Part shown: in pieces, positions 27,585-37,031 of the stretch | Layout of the letters: each line of letters starts with the position of its first letter | Numbering within the stretch: position 1 is the stretch's first letter | Assembly: GCA_017991415.1 (NCBI GenBank) | Contig: JAGOQR010000004.1 | Location: 17,549-81,548, forward strand | Direction: 5' to 3' | Length of the DNA: 64,000 nt | DNA from: Candidatus Magasanikiibacteriota bacterium | GTDB lineage: Bacteria; Patescibacteriota; Patescibacteriia; Magasanikbacterales; GWA2-37-8 | Notes under the pieces: generated by a model | What the model was told of the DNA's origin: nothing | Databases searched by the model: none | Seen by the model: the letters and a program-made list of their open reading frames with translations, nothing else | Made by a program: the position numbers and the translations under genes

Positions 27585-27968
27585 ATGAGAGTAGCTGGTA
27601 TAAATATTCCTAAAGAAAAAAGAATCGTTGTAGCGCTAAATTATATTTATGGCGTTGGTCCAACGTTGTCAAAAAAGATTTTGGCTCAAGCTAAAATTGA
27701 TGAAAATACTCGTACCAAAAACCTTACTCCTGAACAAGAAGATAAGTTGCGCATGATAATTGAAAAAGAGTATAAAACAGAAGGTGACCTTCGTCGTGAA
27801 GTGATGGCTAATATCAAACGTCTCAAAGATATTAAAGCTCATCGCGGTATCCGCCACATGAAGCACTTGCCAGTAAGAGGTCAACGCACCAAAACCAATT
27901 CTCGTACTGTACGCGGCAATACTCGCAAGACTATGGGAAGTGGCCGTAAAGTTGAAACCAAAACCTAA
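27585..27968 (+). CDS. rpsM: 30S ribosomal protein S13
   Basis: MRVAGINIPKEKRIVVALNYIYGVGPTLSKKIL... Confidence 0.95.
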   Translation: MRVAGINIPKEKRIVVALNYIYGVGPTLSKKILAQAKIDENTRTKNLTPEQEDKLRMIIEKEYKTEGDLRREVMANIKRLKDIKAHRGIRHMKHLPVRGQRTKTNSRTVRGNTRKTMGSGRKVETKT

Positions 27969-28025
27969 GCTATAACATACGATTTCAGTTTATAAAGTTA
28001 ACAATGAAATTATAAGTTAAAAATT

Positions 28026-28481
28026 ATGTCAGATATTCAAACACAACCAACTGCGCCTAAAGGACAAGAGGCAGCTCCAGTAAAAACTTCCTCTGCTAAA
28101 GTTGTCAAAGGCAAGAAAAAGAAAGTAGTAAAACAAGTTGCTCATGGCAATGCGTTTATTCAAGCTTCTTACAATAATACTATCGTTTCTATCGCAGATC
28201 CTAATGGTGATGTATTAAGCTGGTCTTCATCTGGAAAAGTTGGTTTTAAAGGACCGAAAAAAGCTACTCCATATGCTGCAGGTATTGTGGTAAAAGATGC
28301 TATCGATAAAATTGCTGCCTACGGATTGAAAGATATTCATGTTTTTGTAAAAGGTATTGGCGGTGGTAGAGAGGGTGCAATTCGTGCCCTACACCTCAAT
28401 GGCCTTAATGTCTTATCTATTAGCGATGTTACTCCTATTCCTCACAATGGTTGTCGCGCTCCTGGTAGAAGACGTGTTTAA
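28026..28481 (+). CDS. rpsK: 30S ribosomal protein S11 (with Lys-rich N-terminal extension)
   Basis: [46 protein letters not shown]. Confidence 0.95.
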   Translation: MSDIQTQPTAPKGQEAAPVKTSSAKVVKGKKKKVVKQVAHGNAFIQASYNNTIVSIADPNGDVLSWSSSGKVGFKGPKKATPYAAGIVVKDAIDKIAAYGLKDIHVFVKGIGGGREGAIRALHLNGLNVLSISDVTPIPHNGCRAPGRRRV

Positions 28482-28517
28482 TTTAACATTACTAAATAAG
28501 TTTAGAACCAAAAAACT

Positions 28518-29126
28518 ATGGCTAGAGATTTAAAACCAAAACATAAATTTTGCAGAAAATACGGACAGAAGCTTTGTGATTCTCCAAAATGTCCAGTAAC
28601 CAAACGCAGCTATGCGGCTGGTGTTCATGGTCCAAGTAAAAAGCATGCCAAACAGTCTGTGTATGGCAGACAGTTGTTTGAAAAACAAAAAGCAAAACAA
28701 TTGTATGGCTTACTTGAAAAACAATTTTCCAACTACGTAGCCGAGGCTTCCAAGAAAACCGGAGACACTGCTAAGTTTTTGGTAAATTATCTAGAATCAC
28801 GATTAGACAATGTTGTGTATAGAGCTGGGCTAGCTTCTTCTCGCCGTGCTGGTAGACAGCTTGTTGGCCATGGTCATGTTTTGGTAAATGGTAAAAAAGT
28901 TGACATTGCTTCTTACAGAGTACGTATTGGTGAAGAGGTTGCTTTGGCAGAAAAAAGTAAAGCAAGTCCATTATTTGCAAAAATTACAGAAAAATTAAGT
29001 AAAGTGGAAGCTCCAGGTTGGTTGGGTCTTGATCCTAAAAAAGTATCAGCTAAAGTGCTTAACGCTCCAACAGTTGATGAACCAGGATACGATGCCAAAT
29101 CTATCATTGAGTTTTATTCACGCTAA
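28518..29126 (+). CDS. rpsD: 30S ribosomal protein S4
   Basis: MARDLKPKHKFCRKYGQKLCDSPKCPV... with a zinc-ribbon N-terminus and an S4 domain. Confidence 0.95.
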   Translation: MARDLKPKHKFCRKYGQKLCDSPKCPVTKRSYAAGVHGPSKKHAKQSVYGRQLFEKQKAKQLYGLLEKQFSNYVAEASKKTGDTAKFLVNYLESRLDNVVYRAGLASSRRAGRQLVGHGHVLVNGKKVDIASYRVRIGEEVALAEKSKASPLFAKITEKLSKVEAPGWLGLDPKKVSAKVLNAPTVDEPGYDAKSIIEFYSR

Positions 29127-29169
29127 ATAACTTAGGAGGGGATTTTCCCCAGTTTAATATTATTAACAT

Positions 29170-29979
29170 ATGGAAAATTTATTACTGCCATCAAAAGTAG
29201 AATTTGTTCCTGGAGACAGTCCAAACAAAGGATCTTTGGTTGTATCTCCTTGTTTTTATGGCTACGGCACTACGCTTGGTAACACATTACGCCGTGTTCT
29301 TCTTTCTTCTCTTCCAGGAGCTGCTGTTGAAGCCTTGAAAATCAAAGGCGTGCAGCATGAATTTTCTTCTGCTGACGGCTTAAAAGAAGATGTGGTAGAT
29401 ATTATTTTAAATTTAAAACAATTGGCTGTGCGTGTATTTACCGACGAGCCAGTAACTTTGCATATTAGTAAAAAAGGCCCAGGAGAAATAACTGGTGCAG
29501 ACATCGAACCAAATTCTAATGCAGAAATCATGAATCCAGAATTGGTACTTGCTACACTTACTTCTAACAAGCCATTTGAAATGGATTTGATCGTTGGTAA
29601 GGGTCGTGGTTTTAGACCAGTAGAAGAAAAAGATAAAAAGCATTATGATTTAGGTACTATCGTTATCGATTCTATCTATACTCCAATCAAAGATGTAGGA
29701 TATAACGTAGAATATACTCGCGTGGGTGATATTACTAACTACGAAAAATTAACTTTGAATATTCAAACTAACGGCACTATTTCACCTTCCGACGCTATCC
29801 AACAGACTACTCAAATTATCATGGATCATTTCTCTATTATTGCGAGCGCTGCCAATGATATGGTTTCTCAAATGCCAATGCCAAAAGCAGTGGTAGAAGA
29901 AGTAGAGGAAAGTGAAGAAAAAGAAGAAGAGGGCGATGAAACTAAAGCTAAAAAAGTTAAGAAAGCTAAAAAGAAATAA
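29170..29979 (+). CDS. rpoA: DNA-directed RNA polymerase alpha subunit, NTD only (no alpha-CTD; acidic/Lys tail instead)
   Basis: The alpha-NTD dimerisation/assembly domain is intact. The protein is 269 aa and ends EEVEESEEKEEEGDETKAKKVKKAKKK, with no helix-hairpin-helix CTD. The next gene is rplQ. Confidence 0.9.
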   Translation: MENLLLPSKVEFVPGDSPNKGSLVVSPCFYGYGTTLGNTLRRVLLSSLPGAAVEALKIKGVQHEFSSADGLKEDVVDIILNLKQLAVRVFTDEPVTLHISKKGPGEITGADIEPNSNAEIMNPELVLATLTSNKPFEMDLIVGKGRGFRPVEEKDKKHYDLGTIVIDSIYTPIKDVGYNVEYTRVGDITNYEKLTLNIQTNGTISPSDAIQQTTQIIMDHFSIIASAANDMVSQMPMPKAVVEEVEESEEKEEEGDETKAKKVKKAKKK

Positions 29980-30018
29980 GCCAGCTCGATTTTCGGGCAC
30001 TAATAAATCATTTACTGT

Positions 30019-30369
30019 ATGAGACATAAGAAAAATAAAATTACACTAGATAGAAAGACAGCTGCCCGCCGATCTTTGATGGCAAATATGGCTGAGAGTT
30101 TGGTTTTGTATGAAAAAATTAAAACTACCAAAGCCAAAGCAAAAGCAGTACGTTCGTATGTAGAACGTTTAATTACCAAAGCAAAAGGTCAAGATCTAAC
30201 TGCTCGTCGCGACCTCATGAAATCTTTGTACACCGAAAATGCTATTAAGAAGTTGCTCGAAGATTTGGCTCCACGATATAAAGATCGTAAGGGTGGTTAT
30301 ACAAGAATTATTCTATTCAAAAACAGAAAAGGTGATGGTGCGGAAGAAGTGATTGTGGAATTAGTTTAA
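30019..30369 (+). CDS. rplQ: 50S ribosomal protein L17
   Basis: MRHKKNKITLDRKTAARRSLMANMAESLVLYEKIKTTKAKAKAVRSYVERLIT. Confidence 0.95.
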   Translation: MRHKKNKITLDRKTAARRSLMANMAESLVLYEKIKTTKAKAKAVRSYVERLITKAKGQDLTARRDLMKSLYTENAIKKLLEDLAPRYKDRKGGYTRIILFKNRKGDGAEEVIVELV

Positions 30370-30392
30370 AATCTTTGATCAATAACATTTAT

Positions 30393-30740
30393 ATGAAAAG
30401 AGAAAAAATTTCAATTGATGCCTCAGGCCAAGTAGTTGGTCGCCTTGCTACAAAAGTAGCGATGATTTTAATGGGCAAAAACAAGCCAGACTACCAGCAT
30501 CATATTGATTCTGGAGATAAAGTGGAAATTAAAAATGTAAAAGAAATTCGTTTTACTGGTAAAAAAATGGAAGCAAAAGAATATAGACACCACTCTAATC
30601 ACCCAGGTGGTTTGAAAACAAAATTGGCCAAAGAATTAATGGCTGATAATCCAGAAGAAATCATTTTGCACGCTGTATCAAAAATGTTGCCAAAAAATAA
30701 AACTCGTAATACGAGATTAAAACGTGTATCTTTCAAATAA
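30393..30740 (+). CDS. rplM: 50S ribosomal protein L13
   Basis: MKREKISIDASGQVVGRLATKVAMILMGKNKPDYQHHIDSGDKV... ATG 30393 is preferred over the track's TTG 30375. Confidence 0.9.
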   Translation: MKREKISIDASGQVVGRLATKVAMILMGKNKPDYQHHIDSGDKVEIKNVKEIRFTGKKMEAKEYRHHSNHPGGLKTKLAKELMADNPEEIILHAVSKMLPKNKTRNTRLKRVSFK

Positions 30741-30741
30741 T

Positions 30742-31170
30742 ATGACAAAGATTACTCAGAAAAAAGAAAAGACAGAAAATAAAGGCGAATTTACCCGTTC
30801 CGTAGGAAGACGCAAAAGAGCTTCTGCTCGCGTGCGTATTTCTCCTGGTACAGGTATTGTGACTGTAAACGGTAAACCATGTGCAGAGTATTTTCCATAT
30901 TTTGAATGGCAAAATATCGTAATGGCTCCGCTTGTGGCTGTAGGTAAAGAAAAAACCTTTGATGTTTCTGCCAAAATTGCTGGCGGTGGCAAGAAAGGCC
31001 AAGCTGTATCTGTTCGTCATGGTATTGCAAGAGCTTTGGTGATCTGGAACGAAGATTTGAAAAAAACACTCAAAACTCAAGGTTACTTGACCAGAGATGC
31101 TCGTATCAAAGAAAGAAAGAAGCCAGGTTTGAAGAAAGCTCGTCGCGCACCACAGTGGTCCAAACGTTAA
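30742..31170 (+). CDS. rpsI: 30S ribosomal protein S9
   Basis: ...GRRKRASARVRISPGTGIVTVNGK...ARRAPQWSKR. ATG 30742 is preferred because the track start at 30724 overlaps rplM. Confidence 0.9.
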   Translation: MTKITQKKEKTENKGEFTRSVGRRKRASARVRISPGTGIVTVNGKPCAEYFPYFEWQNIVMAPLVAVGKEKTFDVSAKIAGGGKKGQAVSVRHGIARALVIWNEDLKKTLKTQGYLTRDARIKERKKPGLKKARRAPQWSKR

Positions 31171-31183
31171 TCTCAATTTCAAA

Positions 31184-31213
31184 AAAGACCCTTCTCAAAA
31201 GGGTCTTTTTTTG
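31184..31213 (+). terminator. Rho-independent terminator after the ribosomal protein block
   Basis: aaagaccctt-ctcaa-aagggtctttttttg. Confidence 0.8.
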
Positions 31214-31258
31214 TCGCATTGACAAGTTTGTGCAGGTCTTGTTACCATAGCTGTTACT

Positions 31259-31681
31259 ATGATTGAATTTTCAAAAGAAAATCACGGAGAATTGTTGGGT
31301 TTGCGAGAGTTTTTAGATAAAAAACATAGATTGTTGATGGAAAAAATTGCTAATTCATCAACTCTGTCGTCTGATACTGTAGATATTTTACCTAATAATC
31401 ACCGTGCGCCAAATCGTACAATTGGTTTTGATGCACAAAAAAACAGGCAGCATCCGATAAGGCTGCACACTGCTCTTGCTGACAAGTATAGTGATATTTT
31501 TCGCGACATTGAAACATTAGCACATGATTATTTTGACGCAGCTCAAAAAGCGTTGCAAATGGGTAACTTATCTGATGCACGGAATTTTATAGATGAGGCA
31601 ATGCAGCTTCCTGCTCAATTTGAAATGCATGTGCCGAAAGAGTTTATTGAGCTTAACGCCGAGATTTTGTCCAAATTCTAG
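31259..31681 (+). CDS. Hypothetical protein
   Basis: 140 aa soluble ORF. TTGACA at 31219 lies upstream. No family recognised. Confidence 0.4.
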   Translation: MIEFSKENHGELLGLREFLDKKHRLLMEKIANSSTLSSDTVDILPNNHRAPNRTIGFDAQKNRQHPIRLHTALADKYSDIFRDIETLAHDYFDAAQKALQMGNLSDARNFIDEAMQLPAQFEMHVPKEFIELNAEILSKF

Positions 31682-31744
31682 GGTGATTAAGAATCTTGTT
31701 AATACTTTCCTTGTTTGGTTTTTTAGGGTAATATAACGGTATAT

Positions 31745-33190
31745 ATGTCCTATACCGTTGCCCAAAATACCTCATTTCTTACGGTTGCCTCTGTCTTGCA
31801 GAAGGTGATTTCTTTTTTTTATTTTATCTTTGTAGCCCGCATGATTCAGGTAGAAAATACTGGAGTCTATTTTTTTGCAATTACCTTTACTACGATTTTT
31901 ACCGTAGTCGCCGATTTTGGCATGGGTCCAGTTCTTACCCGAGAAGCGGCACGATTTCCCGATAGAGCTCAGAATTACTTTAATACGGTGTTTTGGACCA
32001 AAATAATGTTTGGCTTAGGTGCATATTTGCTTATTGTTTTCTTTGCTAATATTTTACATTACCCCGAATCTACCAAGCTCCTTATCTATATTTCGGGTAT
32101 TACCATGTTTTCGGACAATCTTACTACTGCCTTTAATAGTATTTTTCGTGCGCGTAAAAATTTGGTGTACGAATCAATGGGGGTTATCGGGTCTCAGTTT
32201 ACCACACTCCTTATTGGTACGTTTGCATTGTTCAATCACTGGTCGCTTGTATGGCTTATTATTGCTTATACTATTCCAAGTTCTCTCAATTTGTTATACA
32301 TGAGTTTGGCTCTCAAAAAAGTCTACGGCATTACAGTCAAATTTATTTGGAATTCACAAGTATTTAAAATATTTTTGGCCACGGCCTTGCCGTTTGCGTT
32401 GGCAGGAATTATTGGTCGTTTATATTCGTATAGCGACTCGCTCCTTATGTCCAAAATGCTCACTGCCAAAGAATTGGGTTTTTGGAGTGTGCCATACAAA
32501 ATTAGCTTTGCGTTTCAGTTTATCCCTGTCGCACTCTCGGCCAGTGTCTACCCAGTCTTTAGCAGCCTATTTTTGACCGAAAAAACGGCCATAGGACCGT
32601 TATTTGAGAAGTCATGGCGGTATTTGTTTGCCATTGTCTTTCCGCTGTCTCTCGGGCTTATAGCGGTGGCCGATCCAGTGGTGCGCCATGCTTTTGGCGA
32701 GCAGTACGCACCATCTATTATGCCGCTTCGTATCTTGCTTGTTAGTTTGGTATTTGGATTTTTAGCTTTTATTACAGGCGCATTACTCAATGCTACCAAT
32801 CGTCAAAAAACACAGACTGGACTTATTGCTACGGTTTTAGTTATTAACATTATTTTAAATTTAATTTTACTACCAAAGTTTAGAATAAACGGCGCTGCTA
32901 TTGCAGCTCTGGTGAGTAACGCGGTTCTGTGTTTGGTTGGTTTTTATTTTTCTATTCGCCAAGTACCAATTCGCTTAAAAAATATTGCAAGCTATATCAA
33001 TCAAACATTGTGGCCAGCCGCGGTTATGGCTATAGTGGCATATGCCTTGTCGCTTAAAGTTCATTACTTACTTGCTATTGTTATTGGTGGTATTATCTAT
33101 ATTACCTTATTAATTTTTACCAAAGTAATCACCAAAGAAATTATTCTGATGATTCTCAATAAAATAAAACCAAAATCACGAACTGTATGA
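31745..33190 (+). CDS. Polysaccharide/oligosaccharide flippase (Wzx-like, MOP superfamily)
   Basis: 481 aa, ~12-14 TM, with N-terminus typical of the polysaccharide biosynthesis protein family. Confidence 0.8.
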   Translation: MSYTVAQNTSFLTVASVLQKVISFFYFIFVARMIQVENTGVYFFAITFTTIFTVVADFGMGPVLTREAARFPDRAQNYFNTVFWTKIMFGLGAYLLIVFFANILHYPESTKLLIYISGITMFSDNLTTAFNSIFRARKNLVYESMGVIGSQFTTLLIGTFALFNHWSLVWLIIAYTIPSSLNLLYMSLALKKVYGITVKFIWNSQVFKIFLATALPFALAGIIGRLYSYSDSLLMSKMLTAKELGFWSVPYKISFAFQFIPVALSASVYPVFSSLFLTEKTAIGPLFEKSWRYLFAIVFPLSLGLIAVADPVVRHAFGEQYAPSIMPLRILLVSLVFGFLAFITGALLNATNRQKTQTGLIATVLVINIILNLILLPKFRINGAAIAALVSNAVLCLVGFYFSIRQVPIRLKNIASYINQTLWPAAVMAIVAYALSLKVHYLLAIVIGGIIYITLLIFTKVITKEIILMILNKIKPKSRTV

Positions 33191-34296
33191 AAACTTTAAT
33201 TATCACCCTTGAATACCCGCCCCAGATTGGTGGCGTTGCCTCGTATACCTACAATCTTGCCAAAAATATGACTCCCGAAGATGTAGTGGTATATGCGCCG
33301 CAAATGCCAGGCGAAGCAGAATTTGATAAAAAAAATCCATGGAAAGTATTCCGCGCTAAGCCATATTTTTTGTTGTTGTGGCCTCGATGGATAAAATTGC
33401 TATGGCAAGTATGGCACATAGTTAAGCAAGAGCAAATTGGCCAAATTTATGTGCACCACGCACTGCCAGCAGGCTATGTAGCTTTGCTTATATCAAAATT
33501 CAAACATATTCCATACACCATATTTTTTCACGGCACCGATTTATTATTAGGAGTAAAAAATAAGAAAAATAAATTAAAAAAAGTGTGTGCGGGTGCGCAA
33601 AAAATTGTGGTAAATAGTCAGTTTTTAAAAAATCAATTCTTGACTCATTTTGAAAGTGTTAAAAAAGAGGTGGTTGTTATTTATCCATGTCCAGATAAAA
33701 GTTTTTTAGCAACCGTGCCTGAAAATGAAATTAAAAAAATAAAATCACAATTAGCATTGGAAGGAAAAAAAGTAATTATTACCGTGGCGCGCATGAGTGA
33801 GGGTAAAGGTTTTCCGCATATTATTCGCTTGTTGCCAAAAATATTAGAAAAAGTTCCCAATCTTGTTTGGCTTATCATTGGTGATGGCCCCAAGAAAACC
33901 GAAATTATAACCGCTATTCAAAAAAATTATTTACAAAATGTAACTCGCTTTATTGGGCAAGTGCCGTATGCACAACTGCCAAAGTATTATCAGGTATCAG
34001 ATTTATTTGTCTTACTTACTCATCCCGATGAAAGCGGTCAAGAAGCGTGGGGCACATCGTTTGTAGAAGCAGCTGCCTCGGGTATTCCGTCGGTGGCTGG
34101 TCGCTCTGGTGGGGTAGAGGAGGCAGTGCAAAATTTGGTTACAGGACTGGTAGTAGATGTATATCAAGATCAAAGTATTATCTCGGCAATATCGGATATT
34201 TTGCGAGAAACAGATTATGCTAAAAAGATGGGCCAAGCTGGTAAAGAAAGAGTGCAAAACGAATTTACCTGGGAAAAACAATTAGAGAAACTATAA
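33187..34296 (+). CDS. Glycosyltransferase family 4 (GT-B, 'glycos_transf_1')
   Basis: C-terminal E-x7-E-type motif FVEAAASGIPSVAGRSGGVEEAV. Its start overlaps the flippase stop. Confidence 0.85.
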   Translation: MKTLIITLEYPPQIGGVASYTYNLAKNMTPEDVVVYAPQMPGEAEFDKKNPWKVFRAKPYFLLLWPRWIKLLWQVWHIVKQEQIGQIYVHHALPAGYVALLISKFKHIPYTIFFHGTDLLLGVKNKKNKLKKVCAGAQKIVVNSQFLKNQFLTHFESVKKEVVVIYPCPDKSFLATVPENEIKKIKSQLALEGKKVIITVARMSEGKGFPHIIRLLPKILEKVPNLVWLIIGDGPKKTEIITAIQKNYLQNVTRFIGQVPYAQLPKYYQVSDLFVLLTHPDESGQEAWGTSFVEAAASGIPSVAGRSGGVEEAVQNLVTGLVVDVYQDQSIISAISDILRETDYAKKMGQAGKERVQNEFTWEKQLEKL

Positions 34297-34301
34297 TTTG
34301 T

Positions 34302-34814
34302 ATGAAGAATGAGCTATTAAAGCAAGAAATACTCACAATGGTTTATGCCGATCAAAAAATGAGAAAAAGTAATCATTGGAATTTAGATCTAGATAAGCAA
34401 AACACCGAAAGAGTTAAAAAAATTATTTCACAATATGGGTGGCCAGGAAAATCAATAGTAGGTGAAGAAGCGGCTAATGGGATATGGCTTTTAGTGCAAC
34501 ATGCTGATCATGATATTGAGTTTCAAAAAACAGCATTAAAGTTTTTGCAAGAAGCGGTTATTAGTGGGGAGGCAGAGAAAAATAACGAGGCTTATTTAAT
34601 AGATAGGGTAAAAGTAAACTCAGGACAACCACAAATATTTGGAACACAATTTTACGAAGACAAAAAGAAGCAATTTGGTCCATGGCCAATTGAAGATTTT
34701 GAAAATATTGAAAAAAGAAGAATGCAATTTGGTTTAGAGCCATTTTTCAATTATAAGCAATTGATGTTACGAAGGCATGTAGAGTTAAAAAATAAAGAGG
34801 AGCAAGTAGTTTAA
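34302..34814 (+). CDS. Hypothetical protein within glycan locus
   Basis: 170 aa soluble ORF. No confident family. Confidence 0.45.
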   Translation: MKNELLKQEILTMVYADQKMRKSNHWNLDLDKQNTERVKKIISQYGWPGKSIVGEEAANGIWLLVQHADHDIEFQKTALKFLQEAVISGEAEKNNEAYLIDRVKVNSGQPQIFGTQFYEDKKKQFGPWPIEDFENIEKRRMQFGLEPFFNYKQLMLRRHVELKNKEEQVV

Positions 34815-34824
34815 GATTTTTTGT

Positions 34825-35556
34825 ATGCAACCATTAATTAGTGTAATTATTCCAGTTTTTAACCACGCTCATACACTTAAAGCCTCTATAGAGAGTGTTT
34901 TTCGTCAAACCTATCGACCTCTCGAAATAATTGTAGTTAACGATGGCAGTACAGATAATTTTGATCAGGTGGTCGATGAATGTTTGCAACTTACCGAAAA
35001 CAATTGTATTGGTGCAGGAAGTTTGTTATCTATATTGTCTCAAGAAAATAGTGGTGCGCCAGCTGCGAGAAATAAAGGCTTTGCCGCTTCCAAAGGTGAG
35101 TATGTTATTTTTTGGGATGCAGATACCATGGCCGAAAATACTATGTTGCAAAAAATGTTTGACGCTCTGCAAAAAAATCCGCAAGCTGCTTATGCGTATA
35201 GTCAATTTAAATTTGGTTGGAAGGTTATGAAAAGCCAGCCGTTTGATGCAGAAAAATTAAAACAGCTAAACTATATAGATGCTACCTCGCTCGTTCGTCG
35301 CTCGGCTTTGAATCCTACTCCGTGGGATGAAAAATTAAAGCGTTTTCAAGATTGGGACCTGTGGCTTGGTTTGTTGGAGAAGGGGAAAACAGGTGTTTTT
35401 GTGTCCGAAGTTTTATATGCAAAAATAGTGAAAGGGAGAATGGGTATAAGTAATTGGTTACCTAGTTTTATGTTTAAGTTACCGTGGAAGACGAGTGGGG
35501 TAAAGAGGTATGAAGAGGCGAGGAGTGTTGTTTTGAGGAAATATAAAATAATATGA
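34825..35556 (+). CDS. Glycosyltransferase family 2
   Basis: ISVIIPVFNHAHTLKASIESVFRQTY...VVNDGSTDN...FWDADTMAE. GT-A fold with a DxD motif. Confidence 0.8.
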   Translation: MQPLISVIIPVFNHAHTLKASIESVFRQTYRPLEIIVVNDGSTDNFDQVVDECLQLTENNCIGAGSLLSILSQENSGAPAARNKGFAASKGEYVIFWDADTMAENTMLQKMFDALQKNPQAAYAYSQFKFGWKVMKSQPFDAEKLKQLNYIDATSLVRRSALNPTPWDEKLKRFQDWDLWLGLLEKGKTGVFVSEVLYAKIVKGRMGISNWLPSFMFKLPWKTSGVKRYEEARSVVLRKYKII

Positions 35557-36326
35557 ACTTGTTTTTTGAAACAAAATTAGCAGACAAATATACAAACCTT
35601 TCGCAAAAAGTAAGAGTTTTGACGGAAGATTGGGTCGATAGACAAGTTTATTGTCCAAACTGCGGGCATCTGGAAATTAATAAGTACGAAAATAATAAAC
35701 CCGTCGCTGATTTCTTTTGTTCTAATTGTAAAGAAGATTACGAATTAAAAAGTAAAAAAGATTCCGTTGGAGTAAAAATAATTGATGGCGCTTATCGAAC
35801 AATGATTGAAAGATTGCAAAGTACGAATAATCCAAATTTCTTTTTACTAAATTATGATTTAAGAGATTTCTCTGTTTTAAATTTTCTTGTTATTCCAAAG
35901 CACTTTTTTGTTCCGGGTATTATTGAAAAACGTAAAGCATTATCACAAACGGCTAGACGTGCTGGCTGGATTGGTTGTAATATTTTATTACAAAGTATTC
36001 CACAAACAGGAAAAATATTTTTTATAAAAAATCGTCAAATTGAATCAAGAGAGAAAGTCCTCGCAGGATGGAAAAAAACATTATTTTTGCGTGAACAAAA
36101 GGAGATTTCCGCAAAAGGGTGGCTGCTTGATATTATGAGGTATATAGACTTGCTCGGAAAGAAAGAATTTGTACTAGACGATGTTTATGCTTTTGAAAAA
36201 CCTTTAAGTAAATTACATCCTGAAAATAAACATGTTAAAGAAAAAATTCGTCAGCAATTACAAATCCTGCGCGATAAAGGTTACTTGGATTTTGTTTCTA
36301 TAGGGGTATATAGATTAGTAAATTAA
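35553..36326 (+). CDS. DpnI-like / Dam-replacing (DRP) family methyl-directed restriction endonuclease (G-m6A-TC specific, Type IIM)
   Basis: 257 aa. SQKVRVLTEDWVDRQVYCPNCGH...PVADFFCSNCKEDYELKSKK...ARRAGWIGCNILL...KEKIRQQLQILRDKGY closely parallels S. pneumoniae DpnI (ILTEDWVYRQ.YCPNCG...KIRQQLQILRDK), as recalled from memory of the DpnI sequence rather than a search. The start overlaps the GT2 stop by 4 nt. Confidence 0.75.
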   Translation: MNLFFETKLADKYTNLSQKVRVLTEDWVDRQVYCPNCGHLEINKYENNKPVADFFCSNCKEDYELKSKKDSVGVKIIDGAYRTMIERLQSTNNPNFFLLNYDLRDFSVLNFLVIPKHFFVPGIIEKRKALSQTARRAGWIGCNILLQSIPQTGKIFFIKNRQIESREKVLAGWKKTLFLREQKEISAKGWLLDIMRYIDLLGKKEFVLDDVYAFEKPLSKLHPENKHVKEKIRQQLQILRDKGYLDFVSIGVYRLVN

Positions 36327-36335
36327 CTTTAATTT

Positions 36336-36488
36336 ATGAAATTAAAAGAATTTATTAGTGCATTAGAAAAGATTGTAAACAAGGTTGATGAACCAGATAC
36401 AATCGAAGTTAGATTGGCAGATTTCGCCCCAGTGGTAAGTCCAGTTTTAAAAGATAATATAGTATTTGTTACAGATTTAAATAAATAG
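36336..36488 (+). CDS. Possible small ORF (50 aa), hypothetical
   Basis: MKLKEFISALEKIVNKVDEPDTIEVRLADFAPVVSPVLKDNIVFVTDLNK. It falls below the ORF-track size cutoff and has no supporting homology. Confidence 0.25.
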   Translation: MKLKEFISALEKIVNKVDEPDTIEVRLADFAPVVSPVLKDNIVFVTDLNK

Positions 36489-36524
36489 CAAGTTTATTGG
36501 CTAAATGCTTAAACTATAATTAGT

Positions 36525-36830
36525 ATGCTCTTCCACAAAACCCCGCCCACCCCAACCCCAACCAAAAAAATAATCTACCTCATCTCTTGGGTCGTTTTAG
36601 GCGCACTCCTTGGCTTTCTCGCCTATATTTTTATAGAAATTAAATATATTAGCTGGATAGTAGCGCACGATACAACTATCGTATCTTTTAACGACAAAGT
36701 TATTTGGCCATTGCTCCATTTTGGCCTATTGTTGCTCGGTGCCATTGGCGGGTATTTCCTTGGCCGTATGTGGTGGAGAAAAGTATATATTGAGAAGTAT
36801 TGGGAAAAGAAATTTAATAATTTAAAATAA
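36525..36830 (+). CDS. Hypothetical small membrane protein (2 TM)
   Basis: 101 aa with a Pro/Thr-rich N-terminus, then 2 hydrophobic helices. Confidence 0.4.
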   Translation: MLFHKTPPTPTPTKKIIYLISWVVLGALLGFLAYIFIEIKYISWIVAHDTTIVSFNDKVIWPLLHFGLLLLGAIGGYFLGRMWWRKVYIEKYWEKKFNNLK

Positions 36831-36840
36831 ATTTTATTAT

Positions 36841-37011
36841 ATGGATGACAAAAACGAAGATTTTTTAGATTTAGTAAATTTTGAACAAGAGACCAAGCAC
36901 CTTATGGATCAATATGGCTTGGATTCTGATACTGCCGAACGGGCAAAAGAAATTATGGATACTAGTGATGTAACAGAAGAAGAGGCTATTGAAATGGCCG
37001 AGGAGAATTAA
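36841..37011 (+). CDS. Possible small acidic ORF (56 aa), hypothetical
   Basis: MDDKNEDFLDLVNFEQETKHLMDQYGLDSDTAERAKEIMDTSDVTEEEAIEMAEEN. It falls below the ORF-track size cutoff and has no homology evidence. Confidence 0.3.
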   Translation: MDDKNEDFLDLVNFEQETKHLMDQYGLDSDTAERAKEIMDTSDVTEEEAIEMAEEN

Positions 37012-37031
37012 TAGTATAAGTATTTTTTTGT

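Noticed and set aside
30733-31182. 149-aa minus-strand ORF antisense to rpsI (and nested ORFs 30756..30992, 30791..31069)
   Set aside because: It is fully antisense to a highly conserved ribosomal protein gene. It is a typical shadow ORF.
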